From: a virus
Taxonomy: Duplodnaviria; Caudoviricetes
Virus record (IMG/VR): IMGVR_UViG_3300044618_002464
Coordinates: 1-53,506 of that record
Reading direction: 5' to 3' (one strand)
Length of the DNA stretch: 53,506 nucleotides
A program made the translations under genes and the position numbers. The notes beneath the pieces are model-generated. The model worked only from the letters and a program-made list of their open reading frames with translations. It had not been told where the DNA came from and ran no database searches. Of the stretch, positions 10,292 through 19,604 are shown one piece after another (within the stretch, counting starts at the first letter, position 1; each line of letters begins with the position of its first letter).

Positions 10292-10981
10292 TTATTTTAC
10301 CAATTCAACAACTAACACAGTTTCTAAAGTTTGTGATTCATCGGTATATAATTCACCATTTCTGAGTCTACCTTTTGCATTTATAATTGACTTAGTTTCA
10401 TAATGACTAATCATTGTTTTTGCTTTATCAAGGTAATTTACATAACATGATAAAGGGATTGACATTTTACGATCTTTGTTTAACTGAAACCACCATTTTG
10501 GAACTGTAACAATTTCTTTGTTTTTAACCATTTCTTTAGTAACTGATCTGCTTGGTAATGGATTAACACCATTTAACATTTTATCATTGTATGCGTCAAT
10601 ATTTACTGATCTCAATTTATTGAATTTTTGTTGATGTTCTTTCAACTGCTTTAAACTATATAAAGGGTAGTTAGTGCATACATTAAATATAACTTTAACT
10701 GATCCATCTTCTAAATTATCAATCTTTTGATTGATTTCATTAAATACATCTTCAAAACATGAATCTAAATTATTTTCAGGTTGTACATTATCTTGTAACT
10801 TATTTTGTTGTAACAATATTTCTTGTTCTTTGATTTTTAGCTCTTGTTCTTTCAACTTCAATTCTAATTCTTTATTTTTTAATTCTTGCAACAAAATACT
10901 ATTATCATCAATCATTTTATTTGCTTCTGGTGTTTCCATGTTAATTACTTCTTTTGTGTTGTTTTTATTTTTTCTACCCAT
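10292..10981 (-). CDS. Hypothetical coiled-coil protein between terS and terL
   Basis: 229 aa with ELKLKEQELKIKEQE heptads. Confidence 0.6.
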   Translation of the reverse strand: MGRKNKNNTKEVINMETPEANKMIDDNSILLQELKNKELELKLKEQELKIKEQEILLQQNKLQDNVQPENNLDSCFEDVFNEINQKIDNLEDGSVKVIFNVCTNYPLYSLKQLKEHQQKFNKLRSVNIDAYNDKMLNGVNPLPSRSVTKEMVKNKEIVTVPKWWFQLNKDRKMSIPLSCYVNYLDKAKTMISHYETKSIINAKGRLRNGELYTDESQTLETVLVVELVK

Positions 10982-11675
10982 TTTTTACCTCTTCTATAAA
11001 ATTTACTTCAATTATTTCACGGCCATTAGATGGTATTCTTACTTTTGGTTTGTCATAAACTTCTAAATTAGACTGTGATTCATTATCTTTATTATCTTTA
11101 CCAGGGAAATTTATATTAGTTTGATTTGCATTAATTGGTCTGTTATGTCCTAAAGAATTAGATATTGAATCAATACTTAATCCGATTTTTTCTTGAATTT
11201 TAGCTATTTTTAATGTTTTATCTAATACACTGTCATCTAAATAACCTTTCTTTTGTGCAATCTTTAACAATTCACTTTGTGCATGATGCAACAAATTAAT
11301 TATTTTACTAGATAAACTAATACCACCAGTTTGAACTTGTCTAATATATAAATTTGCTTTGCTTTCTTCTTCTATCTTTTTTAACTGCCTTTGATCATTT
11401 TCTGACAACTCTTGAATGGTTAACTCAGCTGTAGTCAATATTTGATTAATGGATTCAACAGCTTGTTTCTGAACATTAGATATCTTTTCAGCATTTTCAG
11501 TTGATTCCCATAATGAGTTATATTTTTTTCTATTCAAGCAAATTGATGATAAAGGAATACCAGTTTCTTTTGATATTTCTTTATCATTCTTACCTAGTGC
11601 ATACATTTTTCTGGCTTCTCGCCACTGCATTTCAGTATATTTGCTATTTCTTTTATTCAGTTTCTTTGCTGTCAT
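10974..11675 (-). CDS. Putative terminase small subunit
   Basis: N-terminal HTH (WREARKMYALG...EISKETGIPLSSI...W), helical middle, C-terminal RIPSNGRE; upstream of terL. Confidence 0.7.
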   Translation of the reverse strand: MTAKKLNKRNSKYTEMQWREARKMYALGKNDKEISKETGIPLSSICLNRKKYNSLWESTENAEKISNVQKQAVESINQILTTAELTIQELSENDQRQLKKIEEESKANLYIRQVQTGGISLSSKIINLLHHAQSELLKIAQKKGYLDDSVLDKTLKIAKIQEKIGLSIDSISNSLGHNRPINANQTNINFPGKDNKDNESQSNLEVYDKPKVRIPSNGREIIEVNFIEEVKNG

Positions 11676-12075
11676 TTTTATTTAATTTGTTCATTATTGC
11701 ATCAAGTTTTATATTATCTTCTCTTTTTTGAAGATTAATTTTATATTCTGTTTCTGCATGATTTGCTTGTATTTCATAACGAATTGAATCAAGTATGTTT
11801 GGTACACTAAAAATCAGTAATTCTTTTTCTTTTTTGTTTGTTGTTTGAGCAATCAAATCAAAAAAAGCTAATGCAACATCAAATATGTTATTAGGTAAAC
11901 TATCAAGTCTTTTATCATAATTTATTGATTTATTTTCGTTTTCTGATTCTTTCAAATATTGAGCAAACCCCGGATATGTTTTACACATGTTTAATATAGT
12001 TTGATTGTCAACTCGTTCACATTCATTGTGTTCTTCAAATTGAATATTGATTTTATGATCTTCTGCTTTTGACAT
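11653..12075 (-). CDS. Hypothetical protein
   Basis: 140 aa; RBS TAAAAGGAAACAGAAATG. Confidence 0.7.
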   Translation of the reverse strand: MSKAEDHKINIQFEEHNECERVDNQTILNMCKTYPGFAQYLKESENENKSINYDKRLDSLPNNIFDVALAFFDLIAQTTNKKEKELLIFSVPNILDSIRYEIQANHAETEYKINLQKREDNIKLDAIMNKLNKNDSKETE

Positions 12076-12094
12076 TTCTGTTTCCTTTTAAAAG

Positions 12095-13135
12095 TTAAAT
12101 TTTTGATAACCATTGTAAATAAATTTGATGAGATATTTGGGCCATCATAACTGGTGGTACACTCATACCTAATAAATAATATGGCTGTACATTTCCAAAG
12201 TTATAATTTTGTGGGAATGAACTAGCTGTTATTAATTCCTGTGATAATAGCTTTCTAGGTGTTTTATAATGATAAAGTTTGATATCATTGGCTACAATTG
12301 TTGGTAATACTTTGTTTGGTGATACTTTACAATAATTGAAAAAACTGCCTGTTGCATGTGCATCTGAAAAATCTTTACCTGCCATTGTTTTAACCCACAG
12401 TTTCAGTAAAGTATCTGTGATATTTTTGTTGTTATTTTGTATTTCAATATCTTTATAATAAATTGGTTGACAATTAAAATTTAATTCAAGTTTAGGAAAG
12501 TTTAATTTTTTCTGTGAACAGATTATAAACACTCTTTCTCGGCGTTGTGGTAATCCCATTGTTGCACCATTTAACAAAAATACCTGTACATTGTAATCAA
12601 TTTCGTTTAACTTTTTAATTATTTCTGTCAGATATACTTGTGCATTACCAATTAATAAACCTTTTACATTTTCTGCAATAGCAACTTTTGGTTGCAAGAT
12701 TCTAACTGTTTCAATCCATTCAAAAAATAGGTCATCTAATTGTTGCTTTTTTTGACCTTCTTTAAATTGCTTTTCAATTCCCCATGCTTTTTCACGACTT
12801 CCGGCCATTGAGAATGTAGAACACGGCGGTGATCCATCTAATAAATCCAATTCAAATAATTCTGGGTATTGTTGTTTGTTTACTTGTTTGTTAAAGTCTC
12901 TGATATCTTGTACAAATAAATGCTTGGGATTGTGATTTTTTTTATAAATTTCTGCAATCTTTTTATCTAATTCAACACCACCAAGATGATCATATCCAGC
13001 TAATTTATATCCCATTGTACTGCCACCACCACAAACGAATGTCCCAAATACTTTTAAATTGTTTTTAGGTACAGCATTATATTGATCTGACAGTTGCCAC
13101 TTGTAAGCAAATAATGACGATTGATATTTTTTCAT
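12095..13135 (-). CDS. DNA (cytosine-5)-methyltransferase, orphan
   Basis: Motifs FVCGGG (I), GSPPC (IV), ENV (VI), QRRER (VIII), GMSVPP (X). Confidence 0.92.
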   Translation of the reverse strand: MKKYQSSLFAYKWQLSDQYNAVPKNNLKVFGTFVCGGGSTMGYKLAGYDHLGGVELDKKIAEIYKKNHNPKHLFVQDIRDFNKQVNKQQYPELFELDLLDGSPPCSTFSMAGSREKAWGIEKQFKEGQKKQQLDDLFFEWIETVRILQPKVAIAENVKGLLIGNAQVYLTEIIKKLNEIDYNVQVFLLNGATMGLPQRRERVFIICSQKKLNFPKLELNFNCQPIYYKDIEIQNNNKNITDTLLKLWVKTMAGKDFSDAHATGSFFNYCKVSPNKVLPTIVANDIKLYHYKTPRKLLSQELITASSFPQNYNFGNVQPYYLLGMSVPPVMMAQISHQIYLQWLSKI

Positions 13136-13223
13136 AATTTTATGTTTTTTGTAAAAAATTGAACTCTTATATTTACTGGCTTTGGTTAGGTTTGCTCACC
13201 GTGCCGAGACAAATTATTTTGTG

Positions 13224-13841
13224 TTATAAATCAAGCAACTTTAATAGACCTATTTCCATTGTTGAGCCATGTTTTTTTAATTCTTTGGTAACATTTTGGT
13301 ATTGATCATAAGAAAAGTTTAAAGTTAATTTCATATCTTCTTTTAAATCATCTGAATTAATTTCGGTGTTAGTATTCTTTGGTTCATCTTCTGCTTGGTT
13401 GTGTTCTGAAAAGTAATCCGGTACATTCATACCCCATTCTATACATTGTTCAATGTTATATTCATTTGCAATTACATCAAAATTAGTTATCCCATACTCA
13501 AGATTGTCTTTTATAATGAACTCTATTATCTGTTCATTGGTCCATTCATCTGCAACAAAGCAAATTGTATTTTTAAACTTTAAATGATTTAGGGCTCTTA
13601 ATCGCTGATTGCCACCAATTACTACATATTTATCTTTAACAGGAATAACGACTAACATTCGTGCTTCTAACATGTGTGGTGCATCTTTTATTGACTGAAC
13701 ACATTTATCAAATCCATCATCAGTTAAATCTCGTGGATTCTGGGGAACATTTGGAATCTGTCCGGTGTTGTTTTCTAATTTAGATAAATTAATTAATTTA
13801 AACCGATGATTTAATTTATCAATTTGATCAATGTTTGACAT
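13224..13841 (-). CDS. ParB/Srx-like N-terminal domain protein
   Basis: NPR...SI, VIGGNQRLRAL, FIIKDN; family usually found next to phage methylases and terminase. Confidence 0.8.
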   Translation of the reverse strand: MSNIDQIDKLNHRFKLINLSKLENNTGQIPNVPQNPRDLTDDGFDKCVQSIKDAPHMLEARMLVVIPVKDKYVVIGGNQRLRALNHLKFKNTICFVADEWTNEQIIEFIIKDNLEYGITNFDVIANEYNIEQCIEWGMNVPDYFSEHNQAEDEPKNTNTEINSDDLKEDMKLTLNFSYDQYQNVTKELKKHGSTMEIGLLKLLDL

Positions 13842-14029
13842 GCTTTGAAGCCTTTTTTAATAAAAGTTAAATTAAAGTGAAATTGATTTATACTAGAATT
13901 ATAGCTTAATTTAATTTAAATTTAAAAGTTAATTTAATTTAACTTGCATCAAAGTCAAGTAATTATTGATTTAGTTTTACTTTAAATTAGAATAAAAACA
14001 CAAAAAAAGTAAAAAAGTTAGGTTCATTA

Positions 14030-14070
14030 GTAAAATAAATTTGACTGATTGATTTAAAAAGCGATACAAT
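14030..14070 (+). promoter_or_regulatory. Early promoter repeat copy 1
   Basis: GTAAAATAAATTTGACT; -35 TTGACT 14041-46, 18-bp spacer, -10 TACAAT 14065-70. Confidence 0.75.
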
Positions 14071-14119
14071 ATCTTATGTGTGAGTGTGTTTATAAATAAA
14101 AATCTTGAAAGGAATAAAA

Positions 14120-14332
14120 ATGATACTAACAACTAATCAACAATTTCTAGTTAACAATGCAAAAAAAGCAAACAAAGGTAGTTGGAAAAATGGGGTTGCA
14201 ATCATCAGCAAAATCAATTTGTTTAAAGTTTATTACAATGCTTTGTTAGAATCAGGTTTAAACAAAGCACAATTAGAAGAATTGATTTTTAACAGAAAGT
14301 TAGAAAACATTGCATTAGTAAGAACAAAATAA
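14120..14332 (+). CDS. Hypothetical early protein
   Basis: ATG 14120 after TTGAAAGGAA; the ORF-track TTG start lies inside the RBS motif. Confidence 0.75.
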   Translation: MILTTNQQFLVNNAKKANKGSWKNGVAIISKINLFKVYYNALLESGLNKAQLEELIFNRKLENIALVRTK

Positions 14333-14370
14333 TAATTATAATTATAATAACTTTGAAAGGAAACCATAAA

Positions 14371-14787
14371 ATGAATTCAACTGTAAAAAACTTTAACATT
14401 GATTTAAACAAATTCTTGTGTTCAATTGAAGCATTGCTATTAATGAAACAATTACAAGAAAGAATGCAAATATTAAATAAAGATCACAGAAACAACTGCA
14501 CTTACTTTGAAATAAATTTAAATGATTATGCTGTTAGAATCAAGAAAGATTGTGATTGTAAAAATGATGAGCATGAATCTTGTACACATGGCAATAAAGA
14601 AACACAGGCAGATTCTGAAAGAAAGGGTTATTTTAATGGTTGGTTGTCTATTCCATCAGGTTTTACCTATGAATTAGAATGTATGTTATTCAACAAAGAA
14701 AAAGCAAGAGAATTTTTAAAAGATGAATCTGCTATATCTGACAGTGGCGACTATTGGTATATGTTTACTGTAACATTTATTGATTAA
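14371..14787 (+). CDS. Hypothetical early protein (Cys/His cluster)
   Basis: ATG 14371 after TTGAAAGGAAAC; CDCKNDEHESCTH may bind metal. Confidence 0.75.
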   Translation: MNSTVKNFNIDLNKFLCSIEALLLMKQLQERMQILNKDHRNNCTYFEINLNDYAVRIKKDCDCKNDEHESCTHGNKETQADSERKGYFNGWLSIPSGFTYELECMLFNKEKAREFLKDESAISDSGDYWYMFTVTFID

Positions 14788-14816
14788 AATTTAAAACTTT
14801 GAAAGGAAACAAAAAA

Positions 14817-14978
14817 ATGACTTTTATAACTTTAGCATTGATATTGATTTTTGTTTTAGAAGTGATTACATTACTTATTATATTAATTATGTATAATGTA
14901 GTAGTTGGTACATTAGTAAATATTCAAGAAAATCAACAATCAACTTTGAAAGGAAATAAAAAAAATGAATCAAGATGA
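14817..14978 (+). CDS. Small membrane peptide (53 aa), not in the ORF track
   Basis: Follows TTGAAAGGAAACAAAAAA; MTFITLALILIFVLEVITLLIILIMYNVVVGTLV... Confidence 0.65.
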   Translation: MTFITLALILIFVLEVITLLIILIMYNVVVGTLVNIQENQQSTLKGNKKNESR

Positions 14979-15354
14979 TTTAATACAATTTGCTATTAAA
15001 AATGCAATTGATGCAAGTGATATTAGCATTTTAAGAAATCAATTAAAAGAACTAAATTTATTTGGCCATAGTTGGGGTATTTTAGTTGGTGCTGTGCTTT
15101 TAAAAATATCTAAAAATAATCATGTTATTATTACTACATTAAATAAAAAGAAATGTGAAATTAAAGGTGGAATTTATCATTTAAGTTCAACAGAAAAGAA
15201 ATGTTTAGAATATGCTTATAATAAATTTAAAGATGGAATAAAAGGATTATGGGGCACTCCTAGAATTACAGTTGAATTTATTAGCAATACTGAATTTCAA
15301 TTAAAAAGATCAAATGAAAAAGAGTTAAATGTTTATTTTTATAAATTTTTATAA
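14965..15354 (+). CDS. Hypothetical early protein
   Basis: 129 aa; RBS motif at 14946. Confidence 0.75.
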   Translation: MNQDDLIQFAIKNAIDASDISILRNQLKELNLFGHSWGILVGAVLLKISKNNHVIITTLNKKKCEIKGGIYHLSSTEKKCLEYAYNKFKDGIKGLWGTPRITVEFISNTEFQLKRSNEKELNVYFYKFL

Positions 15355-15400
15355 AAGTAAAAAACAAAAAAGCATAAATAAACTTAAAAGGTAACAAATA

Positions 15401-16063
15401 ATGAATATTATTAATGAAAATATAAAAGAAAGTGAATTATTAAATAAAAAAAATAAAATAGATGGATTAAAACTATTATCTTTAATTTCTAATGATGTTA
15501 TAAAAGCCACTTTTTTCGATCCACAATATAGGGGATTATTGGATAAAATTAATTATGGCAATCATAAAAGAGAAGTTAGGAGAAAAAATTTACCACAAAT
15601 GTCCGAACAAATAATAATAAACTTTATAAAAGAAATTGATAGAGTTTTAATGCCATCTGGACATTTGTTTTTATGGATTGATAAATTTCAACTAACAGAA
15701 GGGTATCAACATTGGTTAAACAATACAAATCTAAACATTGTAGATTTAATTGTATGGGAAAAACATAAAATAGGTATGGGTTATCGCAGTAGAAATAAAT
15801 GTGAATTTTTACTTATTTTACAAAAAACACCTAAAAGAGTAAAAGGAATATGGACTATTCACAATATACCTAATGTTTGGAAAGAAAAGGTAGAAACAAA
15901 AGAACACCCACATTCAAAGCCTATTGAATTACAAACAAGATTAATAGAAGCCATTTCTAATGAAAATGATTTTATATTAGATCCAGCCATGGGTAGTGGC
16001 AGTGTATTAACAGCTTGTATACAAATTAAAAGAAATTTTATTGGAGGAGATATTAATGATTAA
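15401..16063 (+). CDS. DNA N6-adenine/N4-cytosine methyltransferase (beta class), orphan
   Basis: FFDPQY catalytic motif before HPHSKP and ILDPAMGSGS SAM-binding motif. Confidence 0.88.
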   Translation: MNIINENIKESELLNKKNKIDGLKLLSLISNDVIKATFFDPQYRGLLDKINYGNHKREVRRKNLPQMSEQIIINFIKEIDRVLMPSGHLFLWIDKFQLTEGYQHWLNNTNLNIVDLIVWEKHKIGMGYRSRNKCEFLLILQKTPKRVKGIWTIHNIPNVWKEKVETKEHPHSKPIELQTRLIEAISNENDFILDPAMGSGSVLTACIQIKRNFIGGDIND

Positions 16064-16292
16064 AGTGATTATTATGAAATGTATTTTTTGGAGTTGTGTG
16101 TTTTCTTGTGCATTGTCTTTGATTTTATTAAAGTTACTGCTGTTAAATGATTTGTATTATATCTTTACAGGTAAATACATAATCAAAATGTTTAATGAAG
16201 CTGGTGCATATTTTGTTGTGATCATTCATTTTATAATCATGTTCATAATTTTAAGTGTTATTCAGATAGAATATGAAATTATTGATAAATAA
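16056..16292 (+). CDS. Two-TM membrane protein
   Basis: ATG 16056 after GGAGGAG; two hydrophobic segments. Confidence 0.6.
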   Translation: MIKVIIMKCIFWSCVFSCALSLILLKLLLLNDLYYIFTGKYIIKMFNEAGAYFVVIIHFIIMFIILSVIQIEYEIIDK

Positions 16293-16320
16293 TATTTTAA
16301 TTAGAAAGGAAACAGAAAAA

Positions 16321-16605
16321 ATGAAACATTTATTATATACAAGAAAAAATGCTGTAATTGAAATAAGATTATTATTTGATGATTTAAAGTTTTTATATAA
16401 CATGTATAATCATCATAATGAAGCAAAAATATTACAATTATATGAAGAATTAAACAAATTGAAGTCATGTTTAGAAGAATTGAATATCAATGAATTACTT
16501 TGTCAAATTTTCATTAAATCACAGAATAAAACTGAGTTTAAAGATAAGATTATACAGCATTTACCTATTTTATTTATTAACTGGAATGTGCTAATGGTAA
16601 AATAA
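16321..16605 (+). CDS. Hypothetical early protein
   Basis: ATG 16321 after GAAAGGAAACAGAAAAA; stop codon lies inside promoter repeat 2. Confidence 0.65.
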   Translation: MKHLLYTRKNAVIEIRLLFDDLKFLYNMYNHHNEAKILQLYEELNKLKSCLEELNINELLCQIFIKSQNKTEFKDKIIQHLPILFINWNVLMVK

Positions 16606-16636
16606 ATTTGACTAATTAAATGAATGGTGTTATTAT
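16596..16636 (+). promoter_or_regulatory. Early promoter repeat copy 2
   Basis: GGTAAAATAAATTTGACTAATTAAA; TTGACT 16608-13, 17-bp spacer, extended TGnTATTAT to 16636. Confidence 0.8.
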
Positions 16637-16679
16637 TTTTCAGTGATTGAGTTTAATAACCTTGAAAGGAAACAAAAAA

Positions 16680-17003
16680 ATGAAAAAAGAAAAAATGCTT
16701 TTAAAAGATTTCAGAACACAAGTAAAAGAATTGGCAATAAAATTCGGATACAAGAAAGAAGATATATCTGTTAAAGTTGAGCACCATAATTCAGTAAATG
16801 TACAAATCAGAAATTTAAAAGAATTATATGATGATCACTTTTCTAATTTTAGAAATGCAGTTAGAGAATTGGGTGGTGTTGGTAATGCTGGCGATGCAAT
16901 GATTGATTATTTTGATAATTACACTTGTGTTTGTAAAGATATATCTATGTACTGTTACAAATTCATTAGTGTTAGCTGTCATAGCAACAAAGATTTTTAT
17001 TAA
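16680..17003 (+). CDS. Early protein, possibly LPD29-like polyvalent-protein domain
   Basis: ISVKV...SVNVQI...DAMIDYFD resembles the LPD29 D-x-M-x-D-Y-F motif (recalled, not searched). Confidence 0.45.
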   Translation: MKKEKMLLKDFRTQVKELAIKFGYKKEDISVKVEHHNSVNVQIRNLKELYDDHFSNFRNAVRELGGVGNAGDAMIDYFDNYTCVCKDISMYCYKFISVSCHSNKDFY

Positions 17004-17011
17004 TATTTACA

Positions 17012-17062
17012 AGAAAAAAGCCCTCATCACAGGGCTCTTTAGTTTTATGTCATTTTTATAGG
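17012..17062 (-). ncRNA. Candidate cis-antisense sRNA to the 17074 gene leader
   Basis: Minus-strand TTGATT (17097-92), 17 bp, TATAAT (17074-69); hairpin AGCCCT/AGGGCT followed by a U-tract on the minus strand. Confidence 0.5.
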
Positions 17063-17073
17063 AAATTAATTAT

Positions 17074-17649
17074 ATGTCAACAATTCAAAATAATCAAATT
17101 AATTTATATTTTTTAGATATATTAAATCAGTTTGCAGATAACAAAGTAAGAAAAAGCTCAGCAATAAAGCAAATGTTATCAGTTATTGATTTATTAAAAG
17201 ATCATCAGAATTTTAAAAGTTTTGAAATCTTGAAAAGCAAAAAATCTTTTTATGAATTTGTTCACTATCCTGAATTAATTCAAAGTGTTTATCGTGAAAT
17301 CAGTATTTACCATACATTTTTTGATTCTTTTTTCTGCAGAGGTTTACCAGTTATTAAATTTGACTTCAAACATTCTGATCAAATATGTATTTTGTTTTAT
17401 AGTCAGTTTAGACAATCAAAAACATATTTTTTAGCAATATTTAATAAATCTTTAGATGCAACAGGTTTTTTGTCAATGAAAATAAAAGATATTGAATCAT
17501 CATTAACTACCAGATATTTACCACAATTTGAAAAGTTTTTATTAGATTCTGAATATCCTTTGAATGTTTCCAAAGAAAATCATAACAATGAAACAGCAAT
17601 GATTGATTCAAGTATATTGAATTTATTAAAATTGGATTCTGCATATTAA
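17074..17649 (+). CDS. Hypothetical protein
   Basis: 191 aa; ATAGGAAA RBS. Confidence 0.7.
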   Translation: MSTIQNNQINLYFLDILNQFADNKVRKSSAIKQMLSVIDLLKDHQNFKSFEILKSKKSFYEFVHYPELIQSVYREISIYHTFFDSFFCRGLPVIKFDFKHSDQICILFYSQFRQSKTYFLAIFNKSLDATGFLSMKIKDIESSLTTRYLPQFEKFLLDSEYPLNVSKENHNNETAMIDSSILNLLKLDSAY

Positions 17650-17661
17650 TGGTTATATGGC

Positions 17662-17696
17662 AAGTGGTTGGTGAGTTATCACCAATCAACTTATTT
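17662..17696 (+). terminator. Putative intrinsic terminator
   Basis: GGTTGGTGA-GTTA-TCACCAATC stem followed by a T-rich tail. Confidence 0.55.
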
Positions 17697-17730
17697 ATTA
17701 AAAAATCAATACATTTAAAGGTATATTAAC

Positions 17731-18426
17731 ATGAAAACAATGAATCATGGTAATGACTGCTTTTGTATGCTTTGCAAAGCTAACATAAGAAACAATAAAG
17801 AAATCAGTGCATTAAAAAGAGAAATAAAGCTATTGAATCAACATTTAAAGTATAAAGATAATTTGATCGATAATTTATTGATCAGATTAAACCAATATCA
17901 AGATTATTCAATCAATCAAGATAAATGGAATAAAGAATATTTTCATCAATTGATAGAAAAAGAATTGATCATTAGACAGCAGAATTCTATTAATGGAAAC
18001 AAGTTATTATTACCAAGTATTGCCATAAGAAAAAGAAAGTACAGTAAAACAGAAAAAGAAAAGCATAAAACATTAAAAACTTATTTTGAAGTGTACATTA
18101 GATTATGTGATTTTATTGTAGAGGAATATTTTCAGAAAAAAGAGGTTTATATTCAATATAAAGATCATTGCTTATATTTATCTTTAAACCCCACTTTGGG
18201 ATATTATAAAGTCAATATCACTAAAAACGGAAACAGGCCATCTTATTCATGTGTTTTTTCTGGTTTGCTTGGTGAGTATGCAGAAGATTTTAAATTTGAA
18301 GATTCTTTAAATTATCGATTAAAAAAATCTGATATCAAGTTTCAAGACAATCAAATTATATTAGATTTGAATCAACAGATCAATTTAAAAAATAAAAACA
18401 TCATTGAAAACACTGATAAACATTGA
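17731..18426 (+). CDS. Hypothetical protein (N-terminal HxxxCxCxxC, coiled coil)
   Basis: 231 aa; HGNDCFCMLC is a possible zinc site. Confidence 0.7.
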   Translation: MKTMNHGNDCFCMLCKANIRNNKEISALKREIKLLNQHLKYKDNLIDNLLIRLNQYQDYSINQDKWNKEYFHQLIEKELIIRQQNSINGNKLLLPSIAIRKRKYSKTEKEKHKTLKTYFEVYIRLCDFIVEEYFQKKEVYIQYKDHCLYLSLNPTLGYYKVNITKNGNRPSYSCVFSGLLGEYAEDFKFEDSLNYRLKKSDIKFQDNQIILDLNQQINLKNKNIIENTDKH

Positions 18427-18452
18427 TGTCATTAAATAATAACGATTTAATT

Positions 18453-18494
18453 GGTAAAATAAATTTGACTAATTAAACCAAGAAACGATATTAT
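18453..18494 (+). promoter_or_regulatory. Early promoter repeat copy 3
   Basis: GGTAAAATAAATTTGACTAATTAAA; TTGACT 18465-70, 18-bp spacer, TATTAT 18489-94. Confidence 0.8.
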
Positions 18495-18536
18495 TTCTTA
18501 TGTGAATGTTTAATAAATCTTGAAAGGAAATAAAAA

Positions 18537-19034
18537 ATGATGAATTTACTAAATGCTGAAAAAATCTTCGGTTTAACAAAAGGTATTTACACTGCAAAAA
18601 ACATAAAAGAAATTTTCAGAAAGTTAGCAAAAGAAAATCACCCAGACAAAGGTGGCAATGTAGAAACAATGCAATTGATAAATCAAGCATACAATGATTT
18701 TTCAAAATATTTTATAAACAATGCTGAATATGTTGTCAAAAATGATCAAGAAAATCACAGCATCAACCTTGAATTCATTAATGAATTAAAGTCAATGACA
18801 GGTATTGTAATTGAAATAGTGAATTATTGGGTATGGTTAACTGGTAATACCTTTGCATATAAAGATCAACTAAAGATTCTTGGTTTTAGATACAGTGGTG
18901 GTAAAAAAGCATGGTATTGGGCTCCTGATCTGTCAGAAAAGAAAAAAAGAGGAACTTTATCATTGAAAAATATTAGAAACAAATATGGTAGCAAAATCAT
19001 TGAAACAGAATCAGCTAAATTATTAACAGCTTAA
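18537..19034 (+). CDS. J-domain (DnaJ-like) protein
   Basis: FRKLAKENHPDKGG...MQLINQAY J-domain, then WVWLTGNT...LGFRYSGGKKAWYW domain common in mobile-element DnaJ proteins. Confidence 0.88.
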   Translation: MMNLLNAEKIFGLTKGIYTAKNIKEIFRKLAKENHPDKGGNVETMQLINQAYNDFSKYFINNAEYVVKNDQENHSINLEFINELKSMTGIVIEIVNYWVWLTGNTFAYKDQLKILGFRYSGGKKAWYWAPDLSEKKKRGTLSLKNIRNKYGSKIIETESAKLLTA

Positions 19035-19036
19035 TC

Positions 19037-19060
19037 AATTCGGTGGAAATCCACCGAATT
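19037..19060. terminator. GC-rich hairpin (terminator or processing site)
   Basis: AATTCGGTGG-AAAT-CCACCGAATT right after the J-domain stop. Confidence 0.55.
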
Positions 19061-19093
19061 AAATTTTTAAACTTTTACTTTAAAAGGAAAATC

Positions 19094-19261
19094 ATGAAAA
19101 AATCAGAAACAATTGATGAATTAAAAATTCAAATACAAGAATTAAGTGAATTATTTGAAAATGAAACATGGTGGGATTCTGCAAATGCAAAATTTCAAAA
19201 AAGAACATTAAAAGCATTATTAGTTTTATTAAAATTTTGTTTAAAAGGAAATCAAAAATGA
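19094..19261 (+). CDS. Hypothetical small protein
   Basis: ATG 19094 after TAAAAGGAAA. Confidence 0.6.
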   Translation: MKKSETIDELKIQIQELSELFENETWWDSANAKFQKRTLKALLVLLKFCLKGNQK

Positions 19262-19602
19262 TTATGAAGCACAGCGAATTATTAGAAAAATTTGAAGTAT
19301 TATTAACTTTATTGGGTTTCAGTGATTATGATTGCAACCTTGATAAAGTTTTAATGAATTATGATCATGCTGTAATATTACCAAATGTTTTATATAAAGC
19401 AAAAATATCAAGAGATGTTATAAATTGGGATACATCAGATGTTACTTTAATTTATTCTACTTCTAGTTTATATGGTCCTAGTTATTATGTTAATTTGGTG
19501 GATCAATTGGTTACAAAAAAAGTCATTACTGATTTAAAAGACATTGAATTAATAAAAAAATTCAAAGTAAGTGTTTACAGTAAACTAAAAAAGAAAATAT
19601 AA
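19258..19602 (+). CDS. Hypothetical protein
   Basis: ATG 19258 after TAAAAGGAAA; ATGA overlap with the upstream gene. Confidence 0.65.
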   Translation: MIMKHSELLEKFEVLLTLLGFSDYDCNLDKVLMNYDHAVILPNVLYKAKISRDVINWDTSDVTLIYSTSSLYGPSYYVNLVDQLVTKKVITDLKDIELIKKFKVSVYSKLKKKI

Positions 19603-19604
19603 AA

